Origin: Leptolyngbyaceae cyanobacterium
GTDB taxonomy: Bacteria; Cyanobacteriota; Cyanobacteriia; Phormidesmidales; Phormidesmidaceae
DNA: 64,000 nt
NCBI GenBank assembly: GCA_965263355.1
Contig: CBDHHL010000056.1
Coordinates: forward strand, 1,376,001 to 1,440,000
Direction of reading: 5' to 3'
Position 1 is the first letter of the stretch, and every line of letters begins with the position of its first letter. Positions 51,745 to 60,509 of this stretch are shown here, in pieces. A program made the position numbers and the translations under genes. The notes under the pieces are model-generated. The model was not told where the DNA came from. It ran no database searches and worked only from the letters and a program-made list of their open reading frames with translations.

Positions 51745-51876
51745 AGAGATGGGTAGGCTGAAGCCACCGAAGAATCAATCGTTTCTGTACCAAAGCTGCC
51801 AGGTGATCGGTGACGAATTGTACACTGGAGCTTGCATTGGGTGATCGCACCCGCTGACAACTTTTGCAGAGTATCT

Positions 51877-53268
51877 ATGGTTTCCACTCTTCCTTTTACC
51901 AATCAGCCTGCTGATTCTAGCCTCCGCTACTTGGAGACCGACACATCGGCATCGCCTAATCAGCGGTTTTTACCGCTCAGTGCTCGGGTGAATGAGCATG
52001 ACCATCTGGAAGTTGGCGGTTGTGATGTGCCTGATTTGCTCAAGGAATTTGGTTCGCCCCTCTATATTTTGGATGAAATCACCCTGCGAACAGCTTGCCA
52101 GCACTATCGTCAGGCCTTTGCCCAGCACTATCCAGGGGAAAGCTTGGTGATGTATGCCTCAAAGGCATGGAACTGTTTAGCGGTATGTGCGATCGCAACC
52201 CAAGAAGGACTAGCCATTGATGTCGTCTCAGGGGGCGAACTCTTGACTGCCCTGCAAGCCGGAGTTAGTCCAGAAAACCTTTATTTTCACGGCAACAACA
52301 AGTCTCACAGTGAACTGCAGCAGGGCATAGAAACAGGCTGCCGGATTGTTGTTGATAACTGGCACGAACTCAACACCCTCAGCTCGTTAGCCAGTGTCAA
52401 CCTTCCTACCAATATATTGGTACGGATTACACCGGGCATTGAGTGTCACACCCACGAGTACATCAAAACTGGACATATCGACAGCAAATTTGGCTTTGAT
52501 CCCGACCAGCTAGAAGCGGTGTTTGCCCACATCGCCCAACAGCCGACCTTGAACTGCATTGGTCTCCACGCCCATATCGGCTCTCAAATTTTTGAACTAC
52601 AACCCCACCGCGATCTAGCTGAGGTATTGGTGCATTGGATGGAAACGGCAAAACGCTATGGCTTACCGATTACTGAACTGGATGTGGGGGGCGGTCTGGG
52701 GATTCGCTACACCGAAACCGATGACCCACCGAGCATTAGCGACTGGGTTCAGATCGTCTGCGAACATATGGTCAACGCTTGCGAGACGGCGAATGTCTCC
52801 CTACCCAGACTGATTTGTGAACCCGGTCGCTCCCTGATTGGCACCGCTTGTGTTACTGCCTACACCGTTGGTGGACAAAAGACAGTCCCCGGCCTTCGTA
52901 CTTATGCCGCCGTCGATGGCGGTATGTCCGATAATCCTCGCCCCATTACCTATCAATCGGTTTACAAAGTATTAGCCGCTAATAAGATGTCCACTCCCCT
53001 GAGTGAAACCATTACTCTAGCTGGCAAACATTGTGAATCGGGGGATGTCATCATCCATGACGCTCAGCTACCCAGACTGGCATCCGGGGATATTGTCGCT
53101 ATTCCTGCTACGGGGGCCTACAACTACAGCATGGCCTCAAACTACAATCGCATTCCTCGACCCGCTGCCGTGTTAGTTAACCATGGCCAGGCCGCCTTAA
53201 TATTAGAACGAGAAACTGATGCGGACTTAATCCGTTACGACCGACTCCCCAGTCATCTCAAACGTTAG
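51877..53268 (+). CDS. lysA: Diaminopimelate decarboxylase
   Basis: YASKA (PLP Lys), SKFG, HAHIGSQ, GGGLG, CEPGRS, GKHCESGD, GAYNYSMASNYN. Confidence 0.97.
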   Translation: MVSTLPFTNQPADSSLRYLETDTSASPNQRFLPLSARVNEHDHLEVGGCDVPDLLKEFGSPLYILDEITLRTACQHYRQAFAQHYPGESLVMYASKAWNCLAVCAIATQEGLAIDVVSGGELLTALQAGVSPENLYFHGNNKSHSELQQGIETGCRIVVDNWHELNTLSSLASVNLPTNILVRITPGIECHTHEYIKTGHIDSKFGFDPDQLEAVFAHIAQQPTLNCIGLHAHIGSQIFELQPHRDLAEVLVHWMETAKRYGLPITELDVGGGLGIRYTETDDPPSISDWVQIVCEHMVNACETANVSLPRLICEPGRSLIGTACVTAYTVGGQKTVPGLRTYAAVDGGMSDNPRPITYQSVYKVLAANKMSTPLSETITLAGKHCESGDVIIHDAQLPRLASGDIVAIPATGAYNYSMASNYNRIPRPAAVLVNHGQAALILERETDADLIRYDRLPSHLKR

Positions 53269-53398
53269 GTCGAGATCGCCACTGCCCCATGACATCCCGC
53301 CAAGCTGTTGCCTAGAATAGAGGCTAAGAGACACAGAAGCTGAGATTCACGTCCTAAGTCATCTTGGGTAATCTTGAAGTGGGCCATGCAGGCTTAAT

Positions 53399-53469
53399 TA
53401 AACCTTGTCCGCGTCTAAAACCGTCGTTTTTCCAGTGAAAAACCTACAGATTTATTTGGACGTGGTTTA
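53399..53469 (+). mobile_element. MITE-like repeat family A, copy 2
   Basis: TAAACCTTGTCCGCGTC...GTCGTTTTTCC...CTACAG...TTGGACGTGGTTTA. Confidence 0.75.
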
Positions 53470-53652
53470 TCCATAGTTGCTAGTCCATCAGCGGCCTCTC
53501 ATCTTGTAGAGCCGACTTTTTGAACTGGTGCATCCTGAGATTCCCAATGGCATCTCGTAAGTGCAATTAGTGACGGTCAACTGTGTGATATATCCGCAGG
53601 GTCCTGTTCGAAATTGAATCTTTGTACTGAAAACCCAGGTTGGGACTAACAC

Positions 53653-54507
53653 TTGCTAGGTCTGTTTGTTGTCCATATCATTGACATCGCACTTGTTCTC
53701 ATTCTCATCTACCTAATGCTGTTGGTTATTGGCGAACGCCGTAACCTATGGATGATTCGAGGATTGATTGTGCTGATGCTGGCAGCTGTCATTAGTGATG
53801 AGCTAGGGCTATCACTGCTGCACTTTGTGCTGAACAATTTATCCTTTGGGGCAGCCGTCGCTATGGCCTTGATGCTCCAGGCAGAAATCCGTCGGTTCTT
53901 AGAGCTTTTGGGACGGGGTGAAATCAGACAATTGTTTGCTTCCAGCAGAACGCCCACCTCTAGACCCGACGGTGTGATTGATGAATTGGTGGACGCTGTA
54001 CGTGAGCTGTCCCAAAAACGGACAGGGGCACTAATGATTTTAGAGCTTGGTCCCCCCATTGATGAAAATGACTTTTCGGTGCCTGGGGTGCGGCTAAATG
54101 CAGACCTCTCTAAGGAGTTGATCCAAACTATTTTTCAAACGACTACTCTACTTCACGATGGCGCTATCCTTATTCGCGCCTCTCGCGTCGTGGCGGCAGG
54201 AGTGATTTTACCAATTTCAGAACGGATTGCATCCCGTCAACTGGGCACTCGCCATAGAGCCGCCATGGGAATTACTGAGCGAATTGAAAACTGCCTGTGC
54301 ATCGTTGTTTCTGAAGAAACTGGCTCAATTTCTATTGCCCAGCGGGGCCGACTCAATCGCCCCCTGACCAGCAATCGTTTACGGGAACTACTACAGGAGC
54401 AGTTTACCCCAGCCGTTGAAAGCGACACCGTTGCGCCTGAATTATTAAACCTTGGTCGTCGACTGACTGGACTGTTGAAATGGACGCGACAGCTCGTTAG
54501 ACGTTAG
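53653..54507 (+). CDS. cdaA: Diadenylate cyclase CdaA (membrane-bound DAC)
   Basis: Three N-terminal TM segments, LHDGA and LGTRHRAA catalytic motifs, VVSEETGSIS; TTG start uncertain. Confidence 0.95.
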   Translation: MLGLFVVHIIDIALVLILIYLMLLVIGERRNLWMIRGLIVLMLAAVISDELGLSLLHFVLNNLSFGAAVAMALMLQAEIRRFLELLGRGEIRQLFASSRTPTSRPDGVIDELVDAVRELSQKRTGALMILELGPPIDENDFSVPGVRLNADLSKELIQTIFQTTTLLHDGAILIRASRVVAAGVILPISERIASRQLGTRHRAAMGITERIENCLCIVVSEETGSISIAQRGRLNRPLTSNRLRELLQEQFTPAVESDTVAPELLNLGRRLTGLLKWTRQLVRR

Positions 54508-54591
54508 ATCACTACACTTTTAGCCCGTCGTCATCCTATTTGCATCTGCTTATTCTGGTAGAAACCGGGCAAATTAAGTAGAAAGGCCTGC

Positions 54592-54664
54592 TAAGCCACG
54601 TCCAAGTTAAACCCTGTAGAGTCTTTACCGGAAAAACGACTGCTCTGGACATAGACAAGGTTTA
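54592..54664 (-). mobile_element. MITE-like repeat family A, copy 3 (inverted)
   Basis: Reverse complement matches copy 4 at 62 of 73 positions without gaps. Confidence 0.8.
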
Positions 54665-54742
54665 ATATGCTCCATTTAAAAAATATAGCTATGATGTAGT
54701 GAGAAATAAGCATATATACGCAGTGAGATAAGGATAATTGAA

Positions 54743-55033
54743 ATGTCAGTCAGCCAAGTTTCCCAGGAAAAAGTTCAAGCTCCTTTGTCAGAACGGGAGT
54801 TGCAAATTGTTGAGCTGGTTGCTGCTGGCTTAACCAACCAAGAAATCTCTGCCCAGTTAGAAATTAGTAAACGGACAGTTGATAACCACATCAGTAATGT
54901 CTTGAATAAAACCGCTACGGGTAATCGGGTTGCCCTGGTTCGCTGGGCGTTGAAATGGGGCAAAGTCTGTATCGATGACGTTAACTGCTGCAATTTGCCC
55001 AATGCCAATGGACAGCAGGAGTTGGCGTCTTGA
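54743..55033 (+). CDS. pedR: Small LuxR-type redox-responsive regulator PedR
   Basis: LSERELQIVELVAAGLTNQEI...SKRTVDNHISN...WALKWGKVCIDDVNCC (three C-terminal Cys). Confidence 0.88.
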   Translation: MSVSQVSQEKVQAPLSERELQIVELVAAGLTNQEISAQLEISKRTVDNHISNVLNKTATGNRVALVRWALKWGKVCIDDVNCCNLPNANGQQELAS

Positions 55034-55167
55034 AAAGGTGAGAGTGAGCTTCCCTTAAGCCTGTCGTTACGCCTTGGTGCATGCCCGGTAGGGCTTTAGG
55101 GTAGTGAGTGGTGAGATCATTTGGTAGGGTGGGCAATGCCCCCACTGTAGTTTTTACCCGTTCACTG

Positions 55168-56451
55168 ATGAGCAATATTCAGGCCTTGCGAGGTACCCGT
55201 GACATTCTGCCCGATGAGGTGACGGTCTGGCAGCATGTGGAAGCGACAGCACGTGATATTCTCAATCGCGCTGCCTATCGGGAAATTCGTCCGCCGATGT
55301 TTGAGCAGACAGAGTTATTTGCCCGAGGGATTGGTGAAGCGACTGATGTGGTGGGCAAGGAAATGTACTCCTTTGAAGACCGGGGTGGTCGCTCAATTAC
55401 ACTGCGGCCTGAAATTACAGCTGGTCTAGTTAGAGCCTGTATCAGTAACAAGCTATTTGCTAGCGGTGGGGTACAGCGGTTGTGGCACACGGGGCCAGCG
55501 TTTCGCTACGAGCGACCTCAAAAGGGCCGACAGCGACAGTTCCATCAGTTGGATGTGGAAATTTTGGGGAGTCGCGATCCGCGGGCAGATGTGGAAGTGA
55601 TTGCGATCGCAAACGATTTGCTCCAAACCTTAGGATTAAAAGCACTCAAATTAGATATCAACTCCGTTGGCCAGGGCGACGATCGCCAAAACTATCGTGA
55701 GGCCCTGGTCAACTATCTGACCCCCTATAAGGATGAATTAGACGCAGATTCTCAAGATCGCCTCACCCGCAACCCCCTGCGCATCCTTGATAGTAAAGAT
55801 AGCCGTACCCAGGAAATTGTCAAAGACGCTCCCAGCTTGCTAGATCACCTCAGCAATGACTCACAGCGTCACTTTGATCAAGTACAGCAGCAGCTCAGTG
55901 CCCTCGATATCAGTTTCACGATCAACCCCCGTTTAGTCCGCGGTCTTGATTACTACACCCACACCGCCTTTGAGATTATGTCCGAAGATCTGGGTGCCCA
56001 GGCCACTGTGTGCGGCGGCGGTCGCTACGATGGATTGGTTCAGCAATTAGGTGGTCCAGAGGTGCCAGCCATCGGTTTTGCCATCGGTCTAGAACGACTG
56101 ACAATCCTACTTCAACAGCTCCAAAGTATCCCTGCCCAAACCCTGGATTTCTATCTCGTTTCCCGTGGCGAAACGGCAGAACCCGCTACTACAATTCTGG
56201 CTCAGAAGCTTCGTCATCAAGGATTTTCAGTCGAAGTCGATCTGAGCGGTAGCGCCTTTGGCAAGCAGTTTAAGCGGGCCGACCGTAGCGGAGCCATCGG
56301 TTGCTTAATTATGGGGGATGCCGAAGCGGCAGGCGGGACTGTTCAGCTTAAGTGGCTAAGGTCGGGCGAACAATCAGAATTAGTACAATCTGATCTGATT
56401 GCACAAGCTGATACCCTAAGAACCAAGCTCGAAACCCTACGCCAGTCGTAA
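55168..56451 (+). CDS. hisS: Histidine--tRNA ligase
   Basis: RGTRD, LRPE, FRYERPQKGRQRQFHQ, LVRGLDYY, GGGRYDGL; ATG 55168. Confidence 0.98.
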   Translation: MSNIQALRGTRDILPDEVTVWQHVEATARDILNRAAYREIRPPMFEQTELFARGIGEATDVVGKEMYSFEDRGGRSITLRPEITAGLVRACISNKLFASGGVQRLWHTGPAFRYERPQKGRQRQFHQLDVEILGSRDPRADVEVIAIANDLLQTLGLKALKLDINSVGQGDDRQNYREALVNYLTPYKDELDADSQDRLTRNPLRILDSKDSRTQEIVKDAPSLLDHLSNDSQRHFDQVQQQLSALDISFTINPRLVRGLDYYTHTAFEIMSEDLGAQATVCGGGRYDGLVQQLGGPEVPAIGFAIGLERLTILLQQLQSIPAQTLDFYLVSRGETAEPATTILAQKLRHQGFSVEVDLSGSAFGKQFKRADRSGAIGCLIMGDAEAAGGTVQLKWLRSGEQSELVQSDLIAQADTLRTKLETLRQS

Positions 56452-56536
56452 AAAAATTTCCTCAGTTTGAATTATGGGTTTTAAGTTAGCGCTGCAACTC
56501 ATAATTCAAAGTCCAAAACTTATCATTCTCAAAGAA

Positions 56537-57088
56537 ATGGCCAGACTAGAGGTCACTACAACCTATCTGGAAATGCAGTCTGTGCAGCAGATTATTCCTG
56601 CGCCGCCCACAGTGCTAACCCTCGCAGAAGCCACCATTCCCTGTCCAGAATTTCAGCGATTTCTCTACACAGCGGTAGGGGGATCATGGTACTGGATGGA
56701 CCGCCTACGTTGGACCTATCAACAGTGGTTAGACTATCTTAGCCAGGATACTGTGCGCATTTGGGTTGGTTATGTTGAGGGCGTGCCAGCGGGTTACTTT
56801 GAATTATCACGGCAACCTGATCGCAGTGCCAAAATTGAATATTTTGGTCTATTGCCTCAGTTTATTGGCCAGGGGCACGGTGGCTATTTGCTTACCCTGG
56901 CCCTCAAAACTGCCTGGGAACTTACATCCACACGTATTTGGGTGCATACCAACTCGATCGACGGTCCCTATGCCCTGAGAAATTACCAGGCGCGGGGGTT
57001 GGTCATTTATGACCAACGGCAGCATCTCTTTGACCTGCCCCGAACCGCACCCGGCCCATGGCCTGGAGCCCTCAGTCCCCACCGCTGA
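56537..57088 (+). CDS. GNAT family N-acetyltransferase
   Basis: TTYLEM, YFGLLPQFIGQGHGG, RIWVHT, ALRNYQARG. Confidence 0.88.
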   Translation: MARLEVTTTYLEMQSVQQIIPAPPTVLTLAEATIPCPEFQRFLYTAVGGSWYWMDRLRWTYQQWLDYLSQDTVRIWVGYVEGVPAGYFELSRQPDRSAKIEYFGLLPQFIGQGHGGYLLTLALKTAWELTSTRIWVHTNSIDGPYALRNYQARGLVIYDQRQHLFDLPRTAPGPWPGALSPHR

Positions 57089-57190
57089 TAAGGCTAAGGT
57101 TTAAGAATTATCCCTACTTAACCAAGGCTACTGGCAGTGATGCTAGCGTAAACGGGATCAGACGTAGACCAGCTTTAGTTGATTGTGCAT

Positions 57191-57889
57191 ATGGTTCAAG
57201 AACCATTTCAAGATGCCTTTGATAAGTCTTCTGAGTCGCCCCTAACTCAACCTAAGAGTCGGTCAGAACTGGTGAATTTTATTGCAGCTGCCCGTAATAA
57301 AGGGGCCTCTGATGACTTTATTAGCGGTCTATTAAGGAGTTTTGGCTGGCCCCAGAGAGAAATTGAGCGGGCCTATTTTGTCGTTTACGAAGAGCTGGTA
57401 GGGTTGCCCATTCCTGCCCCTGCTAGTGGCCCAGGAGAATCAGCTCGCGATGCCTTTGTTTATTTGCTATCGTTTGTTACCTTAGGCATCTGGACCCAGG
57501 CACTAGGTGAAATTGGGTTTGTTTTAATCAATCATGTCATTCCTGCTCCCCTTAGTCGTTCTGGCGACTCATCATTTCAAGTAGCCTTTTGTCTGGCCCG
57601 TCTGTTGGTGGCCTATCCGTTATATTTACTACTAATGCGCAGGATTTTGCAGGAACTCTCCATCTATCGTGAGAAAACCTATTCTGGCGTACGCAAATGG
57701 CTGACCTATTTAGCCCTGTTGTTAGTCGCTCTAGTGGGCATCGGTACCCTGATGGCACTTTTGACATCATTTCTACGGGGCGATTTGACCCATCGCTTTT
57801 TACTCAAGGTGCTGGTTATTTTAGTCATTGACGGTAGCGTACTGACCTATTACTACCAGTGGGTGCAAAGACGTCCAGCCCAGGCCTAG
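57191..57889 (+). CDS. DUF5671-like integral membrane protein
   Basis: ARDAFVYLLSFVTL, VRKWLTYLAL, FLRGDLT.RFLLK; 4 TM segments. Confidence 0.75.
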   Translation: MVQEPFQDAFDKSSESPLTQPKSRSELVNFIAAARNKGASDDFISGLLRSFGWPQREIERAYFVVYEELVGLPIPAPASGPGESARDAFVYLLSFVTLGIWTQALGEIGFVLINHVIPAPLSRSGDSSFQVAFCLARLLVAYPLYLLLMRRILQELSIYREKTYSGVRKWLTYLALLLVALVGIGTLMALLTSFLRGDLTHRFLLKVLVILVIDGSVLTYYYQWVQRRPAQA

Positions 57890-57905
57890 CCCTACCCATT
57901 GAGAG

Positions 57906-58331
57906 ATGACGAAGCATTCAATGTTTGATTACTTTTTTGCCTCCCTGGCCACCCTAGCGGTAACCGCTGGTGCAGTAGCTGGCTTTTGGATCTTAGGCAC
58001 CCCTGGTCAACAGCGATTGATCATGAGTGACCAGCAACGGTTAGAAGATTTGAATGCGATCGCGAATACCCTCTATTGGCAAAATCAGGATCAAACTGAC
58101 TATATCCTGCCGGATCAGCTACCCCCCGAAGACCAACGAGAGGATCCCACCACCCAAGCAATTTATCAGTACAACAAAATTGACGAGACCCACTATCAAC
58201 TCTGTGCCAACTTCGCCACCGACAGCAGCACCCATAAACTGGCCAATGCTAATCAACGCAATTGGCAACATCCCCAGGGGCGCTATTGCTTTGAGCTAGA
58301 CATTAGTCAGCAACCCCCTGCGCTCTACTAG
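57906..58331 (+). CDS. Membrane-anchored hypothetical protein, pseudopilin-like pattern
   Basis: N-terminal TM, GTPGQQR...D..R..DL, DP.T...YQY, YQLCANF, second Cys near the C-terminus. Confidence 0.65.
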   Translation: MTKHSMFDYFFASLATLAVTAGAVAGFWILGTPGQQRLIMSDQQRLEDLNAIANTLYWQNQDQTDYILPDQLPPEDQREDPTTQAIYQYNKIDETHYQLCANFATDSSTHKLANANQRNWQHPQGRYCFELDISQQPPALY

Positions 58332-58426
58332 CAATCCATGGCCTCTCACAAACCTCTGACATAGAGCCTTTCCATCACGGCAGGTTCAGCCGATTTTCAG
58401 CAGATTTTCAGCTGTATAGGGGTTAA

Positions 58427-58499
58427 TAAATCTTGTCTACGTCCAGAACGGTCGTTTTTCCGGTTAAGAATCTACAGGGTTCAACTTGGATACGGTTTA
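58427..58499 (+). mobile_element. MITE-like repeat family A, copy 4
   Basis: TAAATCTTGTCTACGTCCAGAACGGTCGTTTTTCCGG...CAACTTGGATACGGTTTA. Confidence 0.8.
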
Positions 58500-58571
58500 T
58501 CAGCCTATTTACGTTAACCACCTACAAGCAACCATCCCTCTCACCCCCTTTTTCCCTATTAGGAGACTTAC

Positions 58572-59540
58572 ATGAGCTACCTTGAAACCACAGCTAAGTT
58601 CTACAGTGATGTGGCCGAAGATCCCATGGTGGGACTTTGTTGTGTACAGAGCACCCCACTGCAACTGCCAGGTCTAAATGTGCCTACTTTGATGCAGGAA
58701 ATGAACTATGGCTGCGGCACAACCGTTCATCCATCTGAACTGTCGGGCGCTCCGACGGTACTTTATGTTGGCGTTGGTGGCGGGATTGAAGCTTTACAAT
58801 TTGCATATTTTTCACGTCGGCCCCAGGCGGTGATTGCGGTTGACCCTGTCGATGCTATGCGAGATGCGGCCCAGCGTAATCTTGCGATCGCAGCCAAAGA
58901 AAATGACTGGTTTGACCCCAGCTTTGTTGATATTCGCCAGGGAGATGCCTTTAATTTGCCCCTGCCTGACAATTCCGTTGATGTCATGGCTCAGAACTGT
59001 TTATTTAACATTTTTGAACCGACTGATTTAGCAAGGGCTCTGCAAGAAGCCTACCGTGTAATTAAACCCGGTGGTCGATTAGTGATGAGCGATCCGATTG
59101 CCACCCGTCCCATCCCCCTCCATCTACAAACAGATGAGCGTTTGCGTGCCCTCTGCCTATCTGGGGCGCTTACCTATAATGAGTACATTCAGGCTCTAAT
59201 TGACACAGGGTTTGGACAAGTAGAAATTCGTGCCCGTCGTCCCTATCGTTTACTGGGCAAAGAAACCTATCAGCTAGAGCAAGCACTTCTACTAGAAAGC
59301 TTAGATTCCGTTTCCTTTAAAGTGCCTATTCCCCCTGATGGAGCCTGTGTTTTTACTGGTAAAACAGCAATTTACGCTGGCACAGAAGAATATCTTGATG
59401 ATCAAGCTGGACATATTATGCAACCAGGTATTCCCTTGGCAGTGTGTGACAAAACAGCCAATAAATTAGCCGGTAATTTTCCTGATGAGATTGTCGTAAC
59501 GCCATCCACCTGGTTTTACGATGGCGGTGGCTGTTGTTAA
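58572..59540 (+). CDS. arsM: Arsenite methyltransferase ArsM (arsenosugar-biosynthesis type)
   Basis: GLCCVQSTP, MNYGCG, SAM motif YVGVGGG, NCLFN, LCLSGAL, C-terminal GGGCC. Confidence 0.87.
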   Translation: MSYLETTAKFYSDVAEDPMVGLCCVQSTPLQLPGLNVPTLMQEMNYGCGTTVHPSELSGAPTVLYVGVGGGIEALQFAYFSRRPQAVIAVDPVDAMRDAAQRNLAIAAKENDWFDPSFVDIRQGDAFNLPLPDNSVDVMAQNCLFNIFEPTDLARALQEAYRVIKPGGRLVMSDPIATRPIPLHLQTDERLRALCLSGALTYNEYIQALIDTGFGQVEIRARRPYRLLGKETYQLEQALLLESLDSVSFKVPIPPDGACVFTGKTAIYAGTEEYLDDQAGHIMQPGIPLAVCDKTANKLAGNFPDEIVVTPSTWFYDGGGCC

Positions 59541-59551
59541 CTAAACCATTG

Positions 59552-60157
59552 CTAGACCAGACGCCGCATCAGCCAGTAGCCATAACCTACCGTCACAAAC
59601 CCTAACCAAAAAGCAGGTTCTGGCACGGATTGCGGCGCTGATTGCATATCTGAGTCATCATCCAAGTCATCAGAGTTAGGGGGCAATGGTAGGGACACTG
59701 TATAGTTAACAACTCCTCGGTAAAGATTTGCCCCCATAACATATCCAAAGGCACTGTTGTCAATTGCAAAACCATCCACTAAAACATTTTTAATTAGGGA
59801 TATCTCTGTTGGCCTATCTCCTAAACGGGACACAATATAGGTACTGCCGATAAACTCACCGTCCTGAAAGTTAACCCTTGGAGAGTTAGCATCAATATCT
59901 CGAACATCATTAGCTTCTGTAAACTCAAGCCCCCCAAAGTTGAAGTTAATCGATGTCAGTGGCAGAGTTTCTTTGCCAGTCCCTATTAAACCAGTCACAT
60001 CAACAGACTTGTTCCCAGTGTACTGTTCACCGGTAAGGGGCCCCGATGTGACATCAACCGTAAAGTCATAGAAAACAGTTTGTGCAAACGATATCTTTGC
60101 ATTAGAAAGTGTTAGCAGGGCAGAGGTTGCCACTGTAAACCAAATGCGATTCATCAT
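59552..60157 (-). CDS. PEP-CTERM surface protein
   Basis: Signal peptide, acidic linker, VPEP + TM + RR. Confidence 0.82.
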   Translation of the reverse strand: MMNRIWFTVATSALLTLSNAKISFAQTVFYDFTVDVTSGPLTGEQYTGNKSVDVTGLIGTGKETLPLTSINFNFGGLEFTEANDVRDIDANSPRVNFQDGEFIGSTYIVSRLGDRPTEISLIKNVLVDGFAIDNSAFGYVMGANLYRGVVNYTVSLPLPPNSDDLDDDSDMQSAPQSVPEPAFWLGFVTVGYGYWLMRRLV

Positions 60158-60509
60158 TACCAGCTCACCTCAGCGCATTGGGATGATGGTCTGAAACCAG
60201 TTTCCCAGGTCAATGGGTCGTTTTTTCTCAAGTAAAACGACAAATCATAAACAAGATTCGACCATTACGAGTCTCCGTATCTATACGCTAAACAACAGAG
60301 ACAACAAAAACGCCAGTAACAACAAGGAAATTTGGTTAATGCATTGGTTGAATTTGCAATTAACGATTCTGAATATTTGCGGACCTATGGGCAACGCGAT
60401 CAAATTATTTAAAGCATTAAGTACTATTTTTTTCAGCTTAATGTCGGATGATCATGTGGCTGACCTAACGTCTTAAGCCTATGATTAAACTGTTAGCAGC
60501 TTAGAGACC

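Noticed and set aside
53269..53652. c-di-AMP or lysine riboswitch between lysA and cdaA
   Set aside because: No riboswitch consensus recognised; the conserved part is the family A dispersed repeat found in both orientations elsewhere
60213..60476. 87-aa ORF upstream of sdhB
   Set aside because: No motif; occupies the divergent promoter region between the PEP-CTERM gene and sdhB
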